From Anaerolineae bacterium (GTDB taxonomy: Bacteria; Chloroflexota; Anaerolineae; UBA1429): a stretch of DNA of 64,000 nucleotides. Positions 60,880 to 64,000 of this stretch are shown here, one piece after another. The position numbers and the translations under genes are program-made. Positions within the stretch are counted from its first letter, which is position 1, and every line of letters starts with the position of its first letter. The notes under the pieces were generated by a model. The model made no database searches and had not been told where the DNA came from. It saw nothing but the letters and a program-made list of their open reading frames with translations. The stretch spans positions 620,786-684,785 of the forward strand of contig JBMNFN010000001.1 of NCBI GenBank assembly GCA_050949345.1, written 5' to 3'.

Positions 60880-61611
60880 GTGCCTGAGAGGACGGGCCCA
60901 GTGATTTGGCTGTGGCTTGCCCTGGTGCTGGTGGTCGGTCTGGTTATGTACTGGCTGCTGGTGATCACGGAAGGGACCTATCTGGGAACGGGCGCCGTGA
61001 TCCGGATGTATGACTGGACGGCCCGGCGCTATAACGCCATTAAAAAGCTGCAACCGGTCTATGAGACGTACTTTCTCGGCGTGCCGCTGGCGGAACGTCT
61101 GCGGGATGTGCGCCATCCCAGGGTGTTGGATGTGGCGGCCGGTACCGGTCGACTGATGCAAACCCTGCTGGAGGGCGCCTCCTCGCCAGCGACCGTGACA
61201 AGTGTAGATCACTCGCTGCCCATGTTGAGGCAGGCGCAACAACTGCCCGTAGCAACCAGGAATTGCACGGCGTTCATTCAGGGCGATGCGCAACATCTGA
61301 TGTTTCGCGACTTTGCCTTTGATGCGGTAACCTGCCTGGAGGCGCTCGAGTTCATGTGGGATCCGCGCGCGGCCATCGTCGAGATGCTGCGCGTGCTGCG
61401 ACCGGGGGGCACCCTGCTGCTGACCAATCGCATCGGTTGGGAGGCCTGGTTCTTTCCCGGGCGTTACACACGCCGCGGACGGCTGGAGGCCCTGCTCTCC
61501 GACATGGGTCTGACGCAGATCCAGTCGCAGCGTTGGCAGGTGTATTATGATTTGGTATGGGCGGTCAAACCGCCCTCGCAAGAACAAACCCAAACCCGGA
61601 GGCGCGCATGA
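60880..61611 (+). CDS. Class I SAM-dependent methyltransferase with an N-terminal TM anchor
   Basis: TM helix, then methyltransferase motif I VLDVAAGTGRL and motif post-I/II (FDAVTCLEAL, LRPGGTL). Confidence 0.7.
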   Translation: MPERTGPVIWLWLALVLVVGLVMYWLLVITEGTYLGTGAVIRMYDWTARRYNAIKKLQPVYETYFLGVPLAERLRDVRHPRVLDVAAGTGRLMQTLLEGASSPATVTSVDHSLPMLRQAQQLPVATRNCTAFIQGDAQHLMFRDFAFDAVTCLEALEFMWDPRAAIVEMLRVLRPGGTLLLTNRIGWEAWFFPGRYTRRGRLEALLSDMGLTQIQSQRWQVYYDLVWAVKPPSQEQTQTRRRA

Positions 61612-62531
61612 AACGGGACCTGTTGGCATTGAGAGACCTGTCGCCAGCACAGTTGGCGGACATTCTGAGCTCTGCCGCCAAACTCAAGGCCGACTGGAAG
61701 GCTGGCCAACGGGGGCCGCTGCTGCCAGGAAGGACCCTGGCGATGCTCTTTCAAAAGCCATCTCTGCGGACCCGCACCTCTTTTGATTTGGGGATGTACC
61801 AACTGGGAGGATATGCGGTGTACCTCTCCCCCGACGAGGTACAGCTGGGCAAGCGAGAGAGCACGGCCGACGTTGCCCGGGTGCTCAGCCGCTATGCGGA
61901 CGCCATCATGGCGCGCGTCTTTGCGCACAGCGATTTGGAGGACCTGGCGCGCTGGGCCTCGGTACCAGTGATCAACGGTCTTTCTGACCTGGCGCACCCC
62001 TGCCAGGGCATCGCCGACCTGCTCACCATCCAGGAAAAGATGGGAACCCTGCGCGGGGTGCACCTGACCTATCTCGGCGATGGGAACAATGTGCTGCACT
62101 CGCTGCTGATCGGCGGGGCGTTGGCAGGCATGCATGTGACGGCTGCCTGCCCAGCGGGCTATGGTCCCCAGGATCAGGTCGTGGCCGAGGCCATCACTCT
62201 GGCGGCTGCCAGCGGCGGATCCATCACCCTGACCACCGATCCGCTGGAAGGCGCTCGTGCTGCAGAGGTGCTCTATACGGACACCTGGACCAGCATGGGC
62301 CAGGAGGCAGAGGCAGAGGCGCGCCGTCAGATCTTTCCAGCCTATCAGATCAACGATGCACTGCTCGCCCAGGCCCCTCTGGTACAGGGCGTGATGCACT
62401 GCCTGCCGGCACACCGCGGTGAAGAGATCACCGACAGCGTCGCCGACGGGGAGCGCTCCTGGTTGTTTGACCAGGCCGAAAACCGATTGCACGGCCAAAA
62501 GGCCGTACTGGTGTATCTGCTGGAGGGCTAG
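61608..62531 (+). CDS. argF: Ornithine carbamoyltransferase
   Basis: STRTR motif (SLRTRTSFD), HPCQ and HCLPAHRGEE; ATGA overlap with the upstream stop. Confidence 0.9.
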   Translation: MKRDLLALRDLSPAQLADILSSAAKLKADWKAGQRGPLLPGRTLAMLFQKPSLRTRTSFDLGMYQLGGYAVYLSPDEVQLGKRESTADVARVLSRYADAIMARVFAHSDLEDLARWASVPVINGLSDLAHPCQGIADLLTIQEKMGTLRGVHLTYLGDGNNVLHSLLIGGALAGMHVTAACPAGYGPQDQVVAEAITLAAASGGSITLTTDPLEGARAAEVLYTDTWTSMGQEAEAEARRQIFPAYQINDALLAQAPLVQGVMHCLPAHRGEEITDSVADGERSWLFDQAENRLHGQKAVLVYLLEG

Positions 62532-62534
62532 TTC

Positions 62535-63386
62535 TTGGCCAACGTACTGTGGCTGCTATCCAAACTGGATCTGCGAAACCTCAGCGACATTGTGCTGGTG
62601 GCTGCCATCATTTATGGCGTGCTGGTGATGGTGCAGGGCACGCAGGCAGTGCAGCTGCTGCGGGGGATCATCCTTCTGGCGCTGGCGGTTTCGCTGTTTG
62701 GCAGCATCGCAGAGCTGACGGCCTTTAACTGGCTGTTGCGCAGCGCCGGCCAGGCACTGCTGGTGATTGTGGCGATTGTGTTGCAGCCCGAGCTGCGACG
62801 CGCCCTGGACAGGTTGGGCCGCGCCGGCGGCATATCGCTCTGGTCCAGCGGCCCCGTGATCCAGCTGGACCGCATGATCGACGAGATCGCTGCGGCCTGC
62901 CGGCGGTTTTCCGAGCATCGCCATGGCGCCCTGATCGTCATCGAGCGTGAAACGGGCCTGCAGGACTATATCGATACCGGCGTGACCATCGATGCTGCGG
63001 TGGCGGATCAGCTTCTGCAGACGATCTTTTTCCCCAACACGCCGTTACACGATGGTGCAGTGGTGATCCGCGGCGACCGTATCGTTGCGGCGAGCTGCGT
63101 GCTGCCTCTGGCAGAGACCATCCTCTCGGATGTACACCTGGGCACCCGTCACCGTGCCGCTGTGGGCATCACCGAACAGACCGATGCGGTGGCAGTGGTG
63201 GTCTCGGAGGAAACGGGGATCATTTCCATGGCGCGCAACGGCCGCATGGTGCGCCACCTCGATGAACGACGGCTGACCACCCTGCTCCACGCTCTGTTGC
63301 AGCCCCAGCGCGGTGGCAGCGGCCTGCTCAACAGGGCCATGCCGCGCCGTGAGAACGCACCCGATGAACGGAGCGGGCTGGAATGA
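62535..63386 (+). CDS. cdaA: Diadenylate cyclase CdaA (c-di-AMP synthase, membrane-anchored DAC domain)
   Basis: Three N-terminal TM helices, then a DisA_N/DAC domain with DGA (LHDGAVVIRGD) and RHRAA motifs. TTG start 4 nt after argF. Confidence 0.85.
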   Translation: MANVLWLLSKLDLRNLSDIVLVAAIIYGVLVMVQGTQAVQLLRGIILLALAVSLFGSIAELTAFNWLLRSAGQALLVIVAIVLQPELRRALDRLGRAGGISLWSSGPVIQLDRMIDEIAAACRRFSEHRHGALIVIERETGLQDYIDTGVTIDAAVADQLLQTIFFPNTPLHDGAVVIRGDRIVAASCVLPLAETILSDVHLGTRHRAAVGITEQTDAVAVVVSEETGIISMARNGRMVRHLDERRLTTLLHALLQPQRGGSGLLNRAMPRRENAPDERSGLE

Positions 63387-63405
63387 GTGACGGGGTCGGA
63401 ACGCC

Positions 63406-64000
63406 ATGAGCAAGCAAACCTTGGATCGCATCGGAACCGCGATGCTCGCGCTGGCCCTTTCGTTGATCGTATGGGTAAACGCCACCTACCAGATGGACAA
63501 GCCCCGCGAGGACATCTACCCCACCGAGATCCCCATCGAGGTGCTCGATCGCCCGGATGACCTCGCGGTGCTGAACGGCACATCCGAGACCGTTCAGGTG
63601 CGGATACGGGCTTATGCCTCCAGCTGGGACACACTCCGCGCGGACGACTTTGTCGCCACGGTGGACTTTGGGGACCTGACCACCGGCGTGCACGTGGTGC
63701 CCATCAGCGTGGTGGTGTCGGATCCCACGGTGACCATCACCGGCATCCATCCACAAGCCATCAATGTTCGTGTGGAACGGTTGGTCACCAGTTTGCGGCC
63801 CGTGGCGATCTCTCTGCAGGGTGAGGCGGATATCCCCATGGGATATCGAGCCTCCCCGCCGCTCGCCGATCCGTCCGAAGTCACCATCTCGGGCCCTGCA
63901 TCCGAACTGGACAAGGTGGTCAGTGTTGCGGGCGAGGTGAACGTCGCCGGTCAGCGTGCCGATATCGATCAAGTGGTGGCACTCAAGCCAGTGGATCTGG
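63406..64000 (+). CDS. cdaR: CdaR (YbbR-domain regulator of CdaA), 3' end outside the window
   Basis: ATG 20 nt after the cdaA stop, an N-terminal TM anchor, then repeated YbbR-like modules (VPIEVLDRPDDL .. VPISVVVSDPTVTI ..). The position downstream of cdaA is canonical. The ORF runs off the window edge and is not in the six-frame list. Confidence 0.65.
   Translation, partial: MSKQTLDRIGTAMLALALSLIVWVNATYQMDKPREDIYPTEIPIEVLDRPDDLAVLNGTSETVQVRIRAYASSWDTLRADDFVATVDFGDLTTGVHVVPISVVVSDPTVTITGIHPQAINVRVERLVTSLRPVAISLQGEADIPMGYRASPPLADPSEVTISGPASELDKVVSVAGEVNVAGQRADIDQVVALKPVDL

Overview
This is a high-GC (about two-thirds G+C) bacterial chromosomal segment, densely packed at roughly 58 CDS plus one tRNA in 64 kb, with many 1–16 nt start/stop overlaps. 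I found no transposase, integrase, phage gene or CRISPR array, so it reads as ordinary chromosome rather than a mobile island. Because of the GC bias nearly every real gene is shadowed by long antisense or out-of-frame ORFs in the six-frame track, and I treated those as spurious. Every call rests on motif-level similarity read by eye; no searches could be run.

From left to right the housekeeping and recognisable content is:
- a 5'-truncated galactokinase-like GHMP kinase, a C_GCAxxG_C_C family protein, an M24 Xaa-Pro aminopeptidase, an unknown two-TM protein, dinB, an aldehyde:ferredoxin oxidoreductase (AOR)-family gene coupled to an M23 lipoprotein peptidase, and a glycerophosphodiester phosphodiesterase (GDPD);
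- glyA, an ECF sigma / zinc-finger anti-sigma pair, tRNA-Leu(CAA), a class II fructose-bisphosphate aldolase, and a thioredoxin-like / DsbD-like membrane protein;
- a complete pstSCAB–HD–phoU locus with a phoR/phoB-like pair, and upstream of it a sixA–hybrid-kinase module;
- pgi, an auxin-efflux-carrier (AEC) permease, a metallo-beta-lactamase (MBL)-fold hydrolase, a GHMP kinase, a Gfo/Idh/MocA oxidoreductase, a DOMON-like lipoprotein, a Crp/Fnr regulator, a class I glutamine amidotransferase (GATase), murI, a MATE transporter, a YhaM-like OB/HD nuclease, an alpha/beta hydrolase, pyrG, a zinc-ribbon–cold-shock-domain fusion, a methyltransferase, argF and cdaA–cdaR.

The most interesting content is a two-part sugar-acid locus that carries nickel-pincer (NPN) cofactor machinery in an unexpected context:
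- On the minus strand there is an overlapping five-gene operon of a UxaE-like epimerase, an SDR, a HAD phosphatase, a LarA-family enzyme and gnd.
- On the plus strand there is an operon of an M42 peptidase, a LarC N-terminal domain only (LarC1), a DUF3524 glycosyltransferase, a GHL6-like hydrolase and two ManD-like enolase-superfamily paralogs, with a third paralog divergent from it.
- Next to these sits a DUF362–sulfatase pair, and a second DUF362 paralog lies elsewhere in the window.
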